The notes under the pieces were generated by a model that did not search any database, was not told the DNA's origin, and was given only the letters and a program-made list of their open reading frames with translations. A stretch of 63,545 nucleotides of DNA, filler included, from Diploschistes diacapsis (lineage: Eukaryota): assembly GCA_023645945.1 (NCBI GenBank). It is 5 parts of 5 records of this genome, joined end to end, with 100 filler letters (N's around TTAATTAATTAA, not from the genome) between each part and the next. Parts side by side here need not be neighbours in the genome. Positions count along the whole stretch, not along the records: positions 25,495 to 38,126 come from JALAIB010000720.1; positions 38,227 to 50,848 come from JALAIB010000721.1; 3 more parts are not named here. One strand, 5' to 3'. Below, in pieces: positions 26,124 through 38,998 of the stretch. The position numbers were made by a program, and so were the translations under genes. Positions within the stretch are counted from its first letter, which is position 1; every line of letters starts with the position of its first letter.

Positions 26124-28790
26124 ATGGAGCGACCGCCCCCCTATTTCACGGGGTCGGGCTCGAGAATCTAGCATAGGATGGATTTGTGCCCTTTCTATCG
26201 AGCTTACCGCTGCTATAGTAATGTTGGACGAAGAGTACGAAGGGGACGATGACGCGGTTCACTGTACCATGGGTCGCATTGGCAGCCACAAAGTTGTACT
26301 TGGTTGCTTGCCAGCCGGCCAGATCGGAACAAACTCTGCGGCCGTGGTCGCTACTGCTATGCGGTCCAAATTATCATATTCAGTTTGTCCTTGTGGTGGG
26401 AATAGGAGCGGGTGTTCCTGATTCTGATGCGGACATCCGACTTGGTGATGTCGTAATCAGTCAGCTACAGGGGAAATTCGGAGGAGTTGTCATAGCATGA
26501 CTTTGGAAAATCGTAGCGAGCGGAGCACATGTCCCCACTGGCTATCTCAACGCTCCTCCTGTGGTTCTTCTCCAAGCTGTTGCTAAATTGCGCTCGAAAC
26601 AGCACGCAGGCATCAGCAGTGTGCTGACACATTTGTCGTCCGTTTCCATGTCACAGGAGTTTCATCGCAACAACGCCGGTCCAGACGCGCTCTTCCGCTC
26701 TACATACGAGCATGCCTTCGGACCAACGTGCGAACGATGCTCATCAGAAATGATAATTCGAAGAAATCCACGAACAGATGAACAATTGGTCATCCATTAT
26801 GGAACGATAGCATCTGGGAACCAAGTCATGAGGCATGCCCCTACACCGGACAAAATCAGTGCCGACTTTGTGGCGTATTGTGTTTCGAAATGGAGGCAGC
26901 TGGCTTACTGAACAGCTTTCCATGCCTCGTCACTCACAAGGACAAAAACTGGCAGCCATATGCTGCAAGAGTAGCGGCAGCTTGTGCGAAGGAAGTCTTA
27001 ACCTTTGTGCCTTTTCTCATCCGGATGGTCCTCGCGGCAAACCGTTGTTTATGGTACCCTTCAGAAGTGACCGAAACTTTATTGGTTGAGAGATGATCCT
27101 GACCAGTATGTTCGAGAGCTGTCGAAGGAATGCTTCGAGATTTCATCGTCGGCTGGCGCTTACAGGCCTTGGTGGTGTTGGGTAAGCATGTCAGAAAAAG
27201 AGGCCCTCAGAGTGCTTTCTTTTTCAATGTGCAGGTGGAGTCATGATCATCACTTCAAGAATTGAGATAGCAGCTTTGAAGGTTGGAATGCAGGAAAAAA
27301 ACATTCGAATGAAGACTATGTGTGAAGATAAAGCGCTGGCTCTGCTCAAAACCCGAATTGGCTTGCAAGACTCTGCAAGCGCGGATGCGAACTTGTCCAG
27401 GCAATGGAGTACATTCCCCTTGCAGTTGCTTAAGCCAGTGCGTACATCTCAACCAGAGGACCAGGCTTCTCGATTGCATCTTACCTTGCCATGATTCACT
27501 CGAGCGAAGCAAATTCATCGCAGCTGCTTAGCGATCACAACTTCAAGGATATGCTGCGAGACTACAACAGCCGGCATGCGATCATTAGGACCTGGCAGGT
27601 TTCTATCGAGCAAATTCAAAAGATTACCCCTACAGCGATAGTTTTGCTCTCAGTTATGAGCATGTTCAATAGGAAAGGAGCTCTGGGCTCTCTACTTTAC
27701 GACAGTAAGAATGAAGTCGAATTCCAAGTGTCAGTCACCTCGTCGCTGCGCTTCTCTCCAATTGCCGCACATCCCGACGAGCAACTATCGTTACACCGTC
27801 TTGTGCAACACTGGACCGTTGATTGGTTGAGGGGAAACAATCAGATTCGGAAATGGAAAAACAAGTCAATCGAGATCATGCCTCGTACTTTTCCGAATGG
27901 AGACCTGGGAGTACTCTGCAACGGTATTCCCCACTCCAAAAAATGTTTGAAGAGGTGCCAGACGGTAAAAGCTTACCAGGATGGCTTACCGCAGTCAACC
28001 GGATGGTCGGTATTTGGCTCTGAGGGGCAAACTCGAGGCGGCCGGAAACATGCTTCAGCGAGCGCTCGCAACGGCAGGGGACGTGCTAGGGTTGCGGCAT
28101 CCCCAAGTTGTCTTGGGTGTAATTCGCTTGCGATCCGATTCTTTAAGGAAAGCAATTACGAGGAGGCAGAGATGTTGTACCGACAAGCTTTTTGAAGCAT
28201 CTGAGGACGTGCCCGATCTCGAGCCACACGTCCATACTGCTATCCACAATCTAGGTACAGTATTGGCGGCGCAAGGCCAACTTGAAGAGGCAGAAACAAT
28301 GCTTCGATGGGAGATCGAGAAATCGGAGCAGTTTTTCGGCCCTGATAATCATGAAACCCTAGCGAGCATTCACAGTCTTGAAGGCACTCTAAGAATGCAA
28401 GGCAAGTACGACAAGGCTGAGCTTATATATCGGCAAAGATTGGAGAAGCTGGTCGTCGAGATTTTACGCTCTATGGAAATTTGCTTGGAGCTGAGCTTTT
28501 CAATACGCGCACAAGTTCCTGCTGGCTCGCTTTGATCGCTGTACAAGCAGAACGAGCTCGAAGAAGCAGCAGCTCCACTGCGTACATGTCTTAAAACTTG
28601 CGTTGAGATGTTGGGCATGTAGCATCCAGAGACGGGAGATGCCGTGACGGGTCTTGCCTCTGTGTTGGATATATAGAACAAGCGGAAAAAAGCAAAAGCA
28701 CCGAGGAAGGCGCTCAAGGAGAAGCAGATTCAGGCTGGCCTTATTGACGGACTCAGAACGCAGAGGGACCCGAAGCAGCTCAGCTGTTGA
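26124..28790 (+). pseudogene. Decayed fungal NLR (PNP_UDP_1 / NB-ARC / TPR)
   Basis: Fragments in shifting frames: [77 protein letters not shown]-loop LTGLGGVG, IITSR, LHRLVQ and TPR units (HNLGTVLAAQGQLEEAETM). Many stops and frameshifts; the end is approximate. Confidence 0.88.
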
Positions 28791-29116
28791 GGCAATCTAC
28801 CAAGTCGTTTGGTTTGGGCAGGAGCAGAGGAAGGACTTTAGTACTCCCACTAATACAAGCTATGAAGCAGTCTTTGTCGACAATCAATGCTTTGCAAGCT
28901 GTCCTGGGTTCTCATTAATTACCGCTCACATGTGCTAGTGAGTCATAGTCAATCTTCGCATCCTTTAGCGGGTCAATAGAAAATTTAACGCTGAATGCTA
29001 ATATATACATGACCCCCTACCCCAAAAAGTATTGGTCTACCCTCATCAGCTCTATGTACATTAGACCCAAAAACATATGCATCCCTCAGCCGCGGAATAA
29101 GCCGGCTGATGGCAGA

Positions 29117-30880
29117 TCAAACTGTGGACCTCTTCCGACGCCTTCTAGGCGGGCACTGTTCCAGAACAGACTCTACTGTCGACACATTCTTCTGCGAAGA
29201 CCCAGGAAACGATCCCGGCAGGAAGGGCAAGAACTTGGAAGCGACCGCAAGACTGAAAAATAGATGAACTGTCAAAAGTTTGACATGCATCAAATGCATG
29301 ACAAAGGTGCTCAGGAACGATGAAGGAGGCATAGAAGGAAGCTGAGAGTCGCTGCTGTTTGTGGCTACCTCATCCGGAGCCGGGGAATCGCGCCATGAGC
29401 CCGGCACAATCAATCTCTCCTGAAGCTCGTGAGACGCAACGTCCTTAGTAGAGGAATCCAGAGTTGTGTCGGAAATGGGCGGCGCCCTCGAAGATCTTTT
29501 CTTCCGTAGTTTGGGCATAAGGGAAATAGATTCCAGACTGGCACTGATCTGTTCCGTATCGTCAGGGATCACGATTGGCTTGAATTTCGATGTACCAGGG
29601 CACGGTGAATCTTTAAGCGTGAGATCGTAACGTATCCTAGGGGGAACTGTTGCATCGATCGTGCTCCGGCAATTGGTCTCTGATGAACTAGGTGTGAGAT
29701 TTCCGTCAGATGTTGAGCGCTCGGTGTTGCTGTTGATAGTTTCCCGACCATTCCTAGTCGCTGGACTTTCATACGTGTCATCCGTGGCCTCTTTGTCTTC
29801 TTCGTCAGAATCCTCTTGGCCTTCATTCTCGTTGCTCGCTTCGTCATTAGCCTCGACTGTGTTCATTCGCTGCCTATCACGCTTTATCGAGTCCAATAGC
29901 TCAGAGAGACGTTCACTTGCTTTTTGGTTAAATCTCCATTGCCATGTATTTCCGCGTGCTTCGCTAAGCAAAGGCTCTGGTTTGCCATTCATCCAATCTT
30001 TCCACCTTTCGATAACAGCTTGGGCTCTCTCTTGTCCGATCTCGAACCACTCATCGTGGTTCCTTCTGCACTCACAGTCCAAGAAGCGGCGCTCTGGCAA
30101 TAGCTCGCTGTGTACAAGGGATTCCACAAGGACCGGATGAGAAACCTCCCAACTCCGAACGGGGACTCGGATCGTGCCAAAAGGGACTCGGCATTCCTGC
30201 TCTCTTCCCTTGATTCTTTCCATGACTGGTTTGGTAGTGGAGCCTATTTTCAAGTGGTTTGGTAAAGAATCATCGGTGTATACGTAAATGAAACCAATAT
30301 CAGGTGTCAGCCCCTGGAAGGAGTGATTACCTTCAAACTTCCATTTGGCATTGCGTCCGTCTTCGAGTATTCTTCGTAATTTGTGACATATATTCTTGGG
30401 ATCGTGAGCACTTTCATTCGTCTTATACGGACGGCATAGACTCTCCCTTGATGGTGGTATGACCAAGTGGCGAGGTGAGATTCCGGGCTCGGATGTTCTG
30501 GAGGCCAACAGACATGCAGTCGGCAAAGAGGTTTGCGCTTGCTTCTCGGCTATTCGCTGCTTCAGCCGATCGATCTCCCCCTGTCGGTGGAAACTGCAAA
30601 ATGCTTGTTGCCCGAGATCTCCATAAAGTCGTGTATACTCCTCCGGCTCGTGGTCGATGCATACAAAGCTCAGAGCTTGAAGAAGCTCTGATATAGTCCT
30701 CGATACTCTGATGTATCTCCTAATGACCCTCTTGCACCTTCTTGGGCTACGCTGGTAGTCAGCTAAACATTGTCGGCTATTCTCCCCATTTTCCTCCCCA
30801 CTTTTCTCCCTGTTTCGATTGATGGCGGCAACGAAAGAACTCGGTTCTTTGCTGAGTTCCTCGATAAAGTTCTGACACAT
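29117..30880 (-). CDS. T5orf172/MUG113 (GIY-YIG-like) domain protein; start uncertain
   Basis: GFIYVY...LKIGST...ERIK...C...VESLVHSEL...CECRRNHDEWFEI...VIERWKDWM. Confidence 0.8.
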   Translation of the reverse strand: MCQNFIEELSKEPSSFVAAINRNREKSGEENGENSRQCLADYQRSPRRCKRVIRRYIRVSRTISELLQALSFVCIDHEPEEYTRLYGDLGQQAFCSFHRQGEIDRLKQRIAEKQAQTSLPTACLLASRTSEPGISPRHLVIPPSRESLCRPYKTNESAHDPKNICHKLRRILEDGRNAKWKFEGNHSFQGLTPDIGFIYVYTDDSLPNHLKIGSTTKPVMERIKGREQECRVPFGTIRVPVRSWEVSHPVLVESLVHSELLPERRFLDCECRRNHDEWFEIGQERAQAVIERWKDWMNGKPEPLLSEARGNTWQWRFNQKASERLSELLDSIKRDRQRMNTVEANDEASNENEGQEDSDEEDKEATDDTYESPATRNGRETINSNTERSTSDGNLTPSSSETNCRSTIDATVPPRIRYDLTLKDSPCPGTSKFKPIVIPDDTEQISASLESISLMPKLRKKRSSRAPPISDTTLDSSTKDVASHELQERLIVPGSWRDSPAPDEVATNSSDSQLPSMPPSSFLSTFVMHLMHVKLLTVHLFFSLAVASKFLPFLPGSFPGSSQKNVSTVESVLEQCPPRRRRKRSTV

Positions 30881-32156
30881 GATGCTGGAATGCTAGCAAG
30901 GAGATAAGATTGGACAGTCAACAGGCGGTAGAGAGAAAGATATGAAACCCCGGGAACATGACGGCAGGAACCTCCAATTAATATACTGCTCTCCATGGAC
31001 CAGTCCTTCTACAAATGGGCAAAGGTGAATAACTGAACGTGCACACAGCCTACCAGAAATGCCTCGTTCTTACAGAATCGACATACTTTAGCGCAGGTAC
31101 GAGGTAACACCTAGCTCAGCTAGTCGACTGGCTCATACTTTCTGTTTGGACAGAAGAACTACGCTGCCAGCAGGCTGCGCCTCAGAGCGAGAAAAAGAAA
31201 CTTACAAATTCAGCCAGGTTTGGGATATGCGGCGTTACAATCGTGTTTTAGTATCCGTAAACGGGTAAAAGGCCAACGCGCTAGAAATTTAGCAAAAGAT
31301 GGATCAATCCAAAAGGGACAACACAGCTATCGATAGAGTATCCCAACAAGATAAATCAAAGCTATTCAGTATCGCCCGTTCAGAGTAAAAGACTCCAAGT
31401 TCATCTCGAGTCAATCAATTCCATGGTACGAGAAAAGATTCTCTGCGCGCTGCTGTGCGGAACTTGGGGATACAGACTTCGTACTCAGCGCAAAGCTTCC
31501 CAGGGCATTCTGAGGTCGAAACCTGACGAATGAGATACGCAAGTTGAACGCTCACGCGCGCCACCAATGCAGCATTGCGACTAGGTCAAGCAGATGGCGC
31601 CGGCGGCTGTACGGAATCATGAGACATGCTTCCTTCCTGTATCGCACCTGGTCCTGCTTTTGTTCCAAAGTGTGGCCCAGAATGGTCTCAGATATTCTCC
31701 AGGATCTACGGCGGCTTGTCTCCCACGGTTTTCCGAACGAAACTGAGAATGCCTTATGGAGCTAGTATGACCAATGAAAATGAAGGGTAGAGTATGAGCC
31801 AACAGTGCTCACAAATAGCGCGAATAAACAATGCGATAGATAGATGATGGAAGTCCTAACTGTTAGCCCCCATGCCTGATGGTAGCGAGATACTGAGCCA
31901 TGGAAGAGTTCGCCCCTTCCTCTTTACTTCTCGGGCCGAGATCTCAGAATGTTCACGGCCCGACACACAAGCCCAGGTACATGCCTTGCTCGGAGATCTT
32001 CCCAGCCAGACCGCGGTACCCATGTGGTTTTGGGCCATACATATGCTCTCAGGAAATCCCAGATTTGCAAAACGAACAGCTTTCAAATAGATTGCCTGTC
32101 CAGTGACTAAAAGCAAACCGCTGAATGTCAAATGTGCCATTGAAGTCCCTGCAAAC

Positions 32157-33571
32157 ATGAACGGAACATGCACGAAATCCGTCCTCACAGACTCCATCAC
32201 CTCACTCTCCTCGTCGCGATCCCTTAGGAGCCCAAACAAAGGCGCCTCGTCTCTGATAACCAAGACCTACAAACAAGCCTCGAATCTCTTCCTTACGCGA
32301 CGGCTACCCGAGGCCCTTCAGGTTCTTGAGCCGGTCATTACGCTGCCAAAGCACGAAGACGATGAGGAGCAGCAGGAGCAGCCGGAAGCTAAGGATCCGG
32401 CGCCCATCGCGACTGCTTCCAAGAACGCCCGTGTCAAGGTCTGGAATCTTTACATTACGCTTCTACATGCAATAGTCGAGCTGGGCCCCGAAGAAGGTAA
32501 AATCCAGTTTGGAAGCACGCGATGGCGAACGCTTGCGGCGAAGGCCAGAGATGGCAGCGTCTGGGAGGATGTTGTACGGAATGGGTACCACGGGAGAGAG
32601 AGCAGAGTTGACGCGGACGTGATCGCGAATCTGTACGGTGCAGTTCGAGGCTTTGCGTGGGCGTCGCTGACTACATCTACAGCGCGACGCTGCTACTCTC
32701 TCACTCGCCGTCGCAAACCCTGAACCAGCAACGACTCGAGACATACCTCGCGACCTCGGGAGAGTACACGTTCGACATATCCGACCGCTTCGAAACGTCC
32801 AGCCAGGTCAGCTCCGATTTCCATCCCACTCCTGTGCGCGCCAACGGCACAAACACGCCCCGCGACCTTAATTCGCGGTTGAAAGTCATCGAACTTTACG
32901 CCCTACATGTCCTCCCGCGCAACGAAGAGTGGGACTACGCTCAAGAATTTGTGAGCATGAGCGAAGTGCTTGACGAGGAGAGGCGCGAGCTTTTTCTCCA
33001 GACCCTACAATCTCTCAAGGACCAAAGGCAGGAAGACAACGACCGCGATGCGGAACTCCGGCAGTCTCAGCTGGAAGAGCTTGAGCGAGAGCGCAAAACC
33101 GCGGAGGACAGGCGCTTGGAGGAGGCGAAAATGCAGGAAGAGCGCCAACAGAAGGATACCAGCAAGAAGCAGCACAAACGATCGGACAGCGAGAAGGATT
33201 ATGGGATTGAAGATGTCGGTCCCATAAGCAAACCGACGAAGCAATCGGTCCCGCAGGGAAGAAAGGGAAGGGAAGCTCAGGCTGGAGGGTCAAAGTTTTC
33301 GCGGCGTCGACAAGGCTCAAAGAGGCCACCAGACAGCATCTATAAACGGAGCATGACCCTGGTGAATGCCTTCCAGCAACTCATGCTGAGGACTGCGAGA
33401 TCCATGTCGGACTCGCCAACAGTATTGCTTCGGACGCTGCTGTTTCTGATTACACTGCTCGTCGCTCTTGGCAGGCGAGACAGCAGGGAGTGGCTGACAA
33501 GGGTTACCGGGATTGGATGGGACCGACTGAAACAAACTATTGGGATGGGCACGAAAGTCAGCTATATATAA
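32157..33571 (+). CDS. PEX26: Peroxin 26 (tail-anchored)
   Basis: KTYKQASNLFLTRRL, RVKVWNLYITLL, LYALHVLPRNEEWDYAQEF, C-terminal TM and GMGTKVSYI*; one intron near 32632-32682. Confidence 0.85.
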
Positions 33572-33911
33572 TCAGATCTCTAGACGCTATATTCTGATTG
33601 GTTGTCTACTGCACGATGCAGTGACTTCTGAAGGATTTGGACATACTCTTGGAGGACTAACCTCCTTTCCATCTTCCAAGATTCCCATTTTCAGTAAATA
33701 AACCAGAGCAGCTTGAGGTCTATCGTCATTGCTAACATCAACCGATCCCGCTCCGTTCCACTCTGACAGCGGATCATCTAGCTCCAGTAGCGCCCAGAGC
33801 CTAGGCGCCGGCTAGATTTACTGGCTTGCGAGTCCATCTCATACCTGGTCAGGCAAGAGCGTTAAAATCTTGTTCGTTCTCAACAAATAGCGTCCAAGGT
33901 GCCGGAAGATG

Positions 33912-34343
33912 CTAATGGTTGCGAAAATTCTTCTTCTGGTAGAACAAGTCTGTCCTTGAACTCCCCAAGTTGATGATCTTCGGGCACCCATCGCGATCCT
34001 TCTCCAGCCGTGTGCACTCGAAGCAGTAGAAGGCGTCGGAAATGCCCTATTCCCCCATCAGCATGCGAGTCAAGGTGAGAGGGCAAGAGTGCTACGTACC
34101 TCGCCACCGCAGACAACACATTTGTTTTGGTAGTTTCCAAAAGAACATTCGTCGCAAATGCGAACAAGCGTCGTCGGCCGCACGTAGCTATCGCAGACCG
34201 GGCATTTCCCGTCGCACTTGTCGCAAAGTCGCCCGATAGCTATGCCGGACTGCTTCCGGCACATGACAAGATCTCTGGCGAAGGTTCGTCAGCCAGCAAC
34301 CTGGATTACCATAACAGCGGACTTACGGATGATGGCGCGACAT
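33912..34343 (-). CDS. RDS3: PHF5-like SF3b splicing factor, 2 introns
   Basis: [39 protein letters not shown]...[44 protein letters not shown]. Confidence 0.96.
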
Positions 34344-34808
34344 GGTGCAGATGCAGTGTAGGAAACTAGGTACCACGTCTGTTCTATGCCTGGTGCAAGC
34401 CTCTTCGCCGGTCTATCAGATGGGGGTTTTTTGGGTAAGATAGAGATTTCGAAGCCACTCTTAAAGGTGAGCCTAGAAACTGGTAGGATAGATCGGGACA
34501 TTGTTGACATATACTAACTCCGCAATCTCCGCTCTATTGCTGAGTCATAATAAATTTCTTGGGGAAAGCCTGACAGCACTGAGCTGGGATAAAGTCAGAT
34601 ACGATACAATAATGTGCTCAGCCCATGAACAAAATAGCACAATCGTTATCCAAGCTACTAGTACAACCCGGGGCGCATATCTAAAAGTATGCAGTGATTG
34701 TTTGGTCTTCGAGGTCCACAGCTTTTTCTTTCTCAATTGCTGTGTTTTATTCAATATTTTCTACCGCTATACAGCACTTCTGCTCTAGAGAGCCAGACTC
34801 TATTTGAT

Positions 34809-35849
34809 ATGGCGGACAGTGACTTGTAAGCCTTGCCTTGACGGCCAAGGAGACATGCCTAATGAATGTTGCAGGGTTGTCGCGTCTGCTGTTGTTGTGC
34901 CCAACCTGGGTGAAGAGGAGAGGTCGCCTCCGTTACCTCTAAAGCGAAGGCAGTCTTCAGCATCCCATGACAGCAGCAAGCGCCCGCGACTAAGCGAAGA
35001 TGATGGGGCTCAGATCGAACGAAGTAACCGGCCGGACCCTTCACAGGGCGCGTCTACCAAGCGACAGGTGGGCAGAGATATGGATGAGCGGAAACGCGGC
35101 AAGAGATTGTTCGGCGCTCTGCTTGGTACCTTGGCACAGAACTCATCCTCGACAGCACAAAAGCGCCGAACGGACATCGAAAAGAAGCAGCGTGAAAAAC
35201 TAAAGTTGCAAGGAGAGGAAGATGACGAAAAAAAGAAGCAGCGTCTGGATACACTAATGATGGAGAGGCAGCGGGAACAGAAGCTGTACGACGAGCAGAC
35301 GGTGAGTCAGAACGGCAGAGGCTGTATCTCTTCGCTCACGCCTCTACAGGTGCACCTAAAGCATTCCAATATGCTCGCTACTGCATACTTTCTTCGTACA
35401 ACAACGGAGCCAATGCTCGTACGTACTCCTACGCTCCATTTACGAGTTTTCTGACACTAGCCCAGTATTACAAGCCATGGGAACTACGGCCTGACGAAAA
35501 AGCACGAATTGAGCTTCAAATCAGCAAAGCCGAAGGAGGCTTGCACGTGGAAAGCACGGAAAGTACGGAAACTGTGCATCAAAAGCTTGAGGAAGGGAGT
35601 AATGGAGCGAAATCCGTTCAGGTGGATGGTCACTCAACAGAGAATATTAAAGAAGGTATCGAGCCGGTAGGTACATGGACTAATGAAGCAGAAGGATTAG
35701 CGATCAAAAGAGACTCCAACGTTGCTACTCAACCTACTCCACCTAGCAACAACAGCCAATTGGAGGGCTTCCAGGAGGTTACAAAGGATACCATGGACGA
35801 AGGCGGGGACGACATGGTGGAAGGCGAAGAAGATGCTGTGATCTACTGA
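34809..35849 (+). CDS. Pinin/SDK/memA-domain protein, multi-exon
   Basis: VVASAVVVP...ERKRGKRLFGALLGTL...FLRTTTEPML/YYKPWEL...VEGEEDAVIY*. Confidence 0.85.
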
Positions 35850-36416
35850 AAAGCGACAAACGCAACTCAAGATGGTACAGCAAATGTGGTATGGCCCATC
35901 TCTACAACTGTTGGGACGCTACGTTCTCGATAAAAGCATATTCGTCTAGGTCCGCTGCGATATCCGTTCTTTGAAGTGCTAAAACTATGCATCTGCAACA
36001 AGCGCGTCGATAAGGAGCAACCATGACTGACTGCTGTCTGAGCTTCCGCTGGAAACCTACCCATGGGGCATTGAAGACTCCTGCGATCGGCAGGAGACGC
36101 AACTGGCAGGAGATGCGACTGGAAGGAGATGGCCGAAGGGTTGACAAATAATACAGTAGTTACCTACTTTATACCTCGGCCCGCCAACAAGAGATGGAAT
36201 TTCTGAACTTGGCGCGCATACGGCCGTTGGAAACCCCACGCAGGCACCGAGGTGGTATGCTTTCGATACTATGTGCTCAATATAAAAAGCTTTGTGTTGC
36301 ACAAACTCGGGAGAGTAGCTTCACTTTCTTGCCATTGCGCGTGCTTCTAGTGAGGACCCAATCCTAAAGTGCTTCTCGTATGTTCTTCACCAACAACAAC
36401 GATTCCCACTAGTGCA

Positions 36417-37536
36417 ATGTCCACCAACGAGATAGATCTCTTTGAGGGATCTCCAGTTTCGCATTGCTTTGCGGAGCTCAACGGCCAAAGATACCACTAT
36501 CTACTGGGCAGCCCGAAGGGTCAGGCCAAGGGTACCGTGTTTTTGATCCATGGATGGCCAGACTGCTCGGCGGGATGGAGGAATCAGATGCCCATGTTCG
36601 TGGAGATGGGATATAGATGCGTAGCCCCCGACATGATGGGCTACGGTCGCACAGCGGCGCCGAAAGTACCACCTCATTCGTTGGGTTTGTATGGGCAGAA
36701 GCGGGCGGCAGACGATATCAAGGAGCTAGCCAGGCAGCTGGGCTGCTCCCAGATCATCCTGGGGGGGCATGACTGGGGCGGAGCGATCGTATACCGAGTC
36801 GCGCTTTGGCATCCTACGTTGGTCAGCCACCTGTTCTCGGTTTGTACGCCCTACTTGCCTCCCAGCAAAGGCCCTTTCATACCTCTGGAGACCATCGTCG
36901 AAAAGCATCTCCCCCGGTTCCGGTATCAGATACATCTTGCGAGTGGAGAGGTTGAGAAGCTTCTCGACACCAAAGAGGCCATGCGGGACTTCATCAAAGG
37001 CATGTACGGCAGCCATGGCCCAAACGGAGAGCGAGGCTTCGATGTGTACAAAGGAGTGCTAAGCGAGAATTTCTCGAAGTTGGGTCCATGCCCTCTGTTG
37101 GGCGACAAGGCCAGTTCTCCGACAAACGGGCATTTGCTTTCATAGGCTGACATTCAGATAGGAGCTCGACTACTACACGCAAGAGTACATGCGGAGCGGC
37201 ATCCACAGTACGCTAAATTGGTACCGCACCCGGCAAGTGAACCACGAGGAAGAACTAAGGTGAGACGGGAGGACCCTGCAAGTATGCCCTACTGACAGTT
37301 TCTCCAGCCTCAACCAATCGATCATCGACATTCCGGTGCTGTTCGTTGCAGCGAGCAAGGATTCGGCCCTGCCTCCGGCCATGTCGGCGGGTATGGAGAA
37401 GTATATTCCACGACTGACCCGCATGGAGGTAACGGCAAGCCACTGGGCTCTCGAGGAGAAGGCTGGGGAGGTCAACGTTATCGTCAGAGCGTGGCTCAAT
37501 GCAGCACTCAGGAGCCACCCAAAGAGCAACCTCTAG
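36417..37536 (+). CDS. Soluble epoxide hydrolase-like alpha/beta hydrolase, 2 introns
   Basis: HGWPD oxyanion motif, GGHDWGG nucleophile elbow, LNWYRT, SHWALEE; ends KSNL*. Confidence 0.9.
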
Positions 37537-38126
37537 CGAGGTGGAGGGGATTAGCCCGCAGCTTGAAAGTCGCCCAATATAAGCTCAAGGCGGGGGGAAG
37601 GGCACCATCTATGTTCATAGCTATAGCTTCAACTGAAGGAAGATTCGTGTTATCGATTGGGTAGCTAGGATAGGTCCGGGGTCAAATCCGATATGGTTCG
37701 TGAATTTCCAGGACTGACTCATATTCTGCAGGCCTCGGTCACTTCAGTGGTACATTAGAGACTCTGATCCTCCACCATAGTGAACCACAATTCCTGCTTT
37801 TTCAGGCTCGTTCTCCTCCCCGTTGTGCCCTCTCGGTGGGCCATGGGGCTTCTTTGCAAGGGAACGAGTCTGGTTGCCTCACCATGGCTGGGAGTGGACT
37901 GAGGCGGGACAAAGAACACCCTATTTGACAGTCGTACGAGGACGTCCTGCAAGCCGAGTGCTAAGTGACCAGTAGATAAACAGTCCCACGAACCCTGCGT
38001 TGTAGCAGGCGCTTCAGTACAGCGGGATATTGGTCAGTATAGTAAGTAGTATGTGCAGTATATATAGTAGGACGTATAGTAGTTGGCTTGCCATGTTCAG
38101 CCAGTCCCCCAGTCCCCCAGTCCCCC

Positions 38127-38226
38127 NNNNNNNNNNNNNNNNNNNNNNNNNNNNNNNNNNNNNNNNNNNNTTAATTAATTAANNNNNNNNNNNNNNNNNN
38201 NNNNNNNNNNNNNNNNNNNNNNNNNN
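38127..38226. other. Artificial contig linker
   Basis: N-run, TTAATTAATTAA, N-run. Confidence 0.98.
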
Positions 38227-38403
38227 GTGTTGGGAGAGGGGGAGGAGGGAATGGGGATGCTACTATTCTAACGATTGAGTGTATTATTTTTGAACTGCCT
38301 GTGTCATTTGGAGGCAGGCATGGGCTTGCAGGACCTGGTAGAGGGGGCCCAAAGGAGATCAAGTCAAATCCCAATCCTCGCGGACTGATATGATACAATA
38401 TAG

Positions 38404-38998
38404 GTATTACGAAGGCGGCGTCAGTAGTGTCTACTTCTGGGACCTCGACGACGGATTTGCGGGTGTCGTGCTACTAAAGAAAAGTGAACCTGCTTTGGGA
38501 GAGTTTTATCTCACAGCCAGCTAATGTTGCTAGCATCGCCAAAGACCAAAGGCGAAGAAGGAGGTTGGGACTCAATACACGTCTTCGAAGCCGTCGAACA
38601 AGGCCGGTCAGCTCACTACAAGCTTACCAGCACCGTGATATTACACCTCGGAACGAGCAACGACAAACTCGGCACAATGGATCTTGGCGGTAACATGACT
38701 AGGCAAATTGAGCAAGACATGCCTGTAGAAGATGACGGAAGTCACATCGTGAACGTGGGCAAGCTGGTTGAGGATATGGAGTTGAAGATGAGAAATATGC
38801 TGAAAGAGGTGTACTTCGGGAAAGCGAAGGACATTGTAGGTGACTTGAGAAGTAAGCTTTTATTGATCTTTCTTCCTTCATTGACATAACACGGACACTC
38901 ATGGGCGACTTTTAGGTATTGCACCTCTTAGTGGAACAAATCGGGATAGGGCAGCCCATCGTGAAATGATGTCTGAGTGGAGCAAGAGAGGTTCGTGA
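38404..38998 (+). CDS. CAP2: F-actin capping protein beta subunit, 3' part only
   Basis: [26 protein letters not shown]/...[10 protein letters not shown]...YKLTSTVIL...GNMTRQIE...[16 protein letters not shown]. Confidence 0.93.

Noticed and set aside
32157..37536. PEX26 and a PTS1-bearing hydrolase as a peroxisomal cluster
   Set aside because: They are separated by two unrelated splicing genes; likely coincidence.
38101..38126. (CCCCCAGT)-type repeat at a contig end resembling a telomere
   Set aside because: Only about 3 copies and not TTAGGG; other contigs also break at simple repeats.
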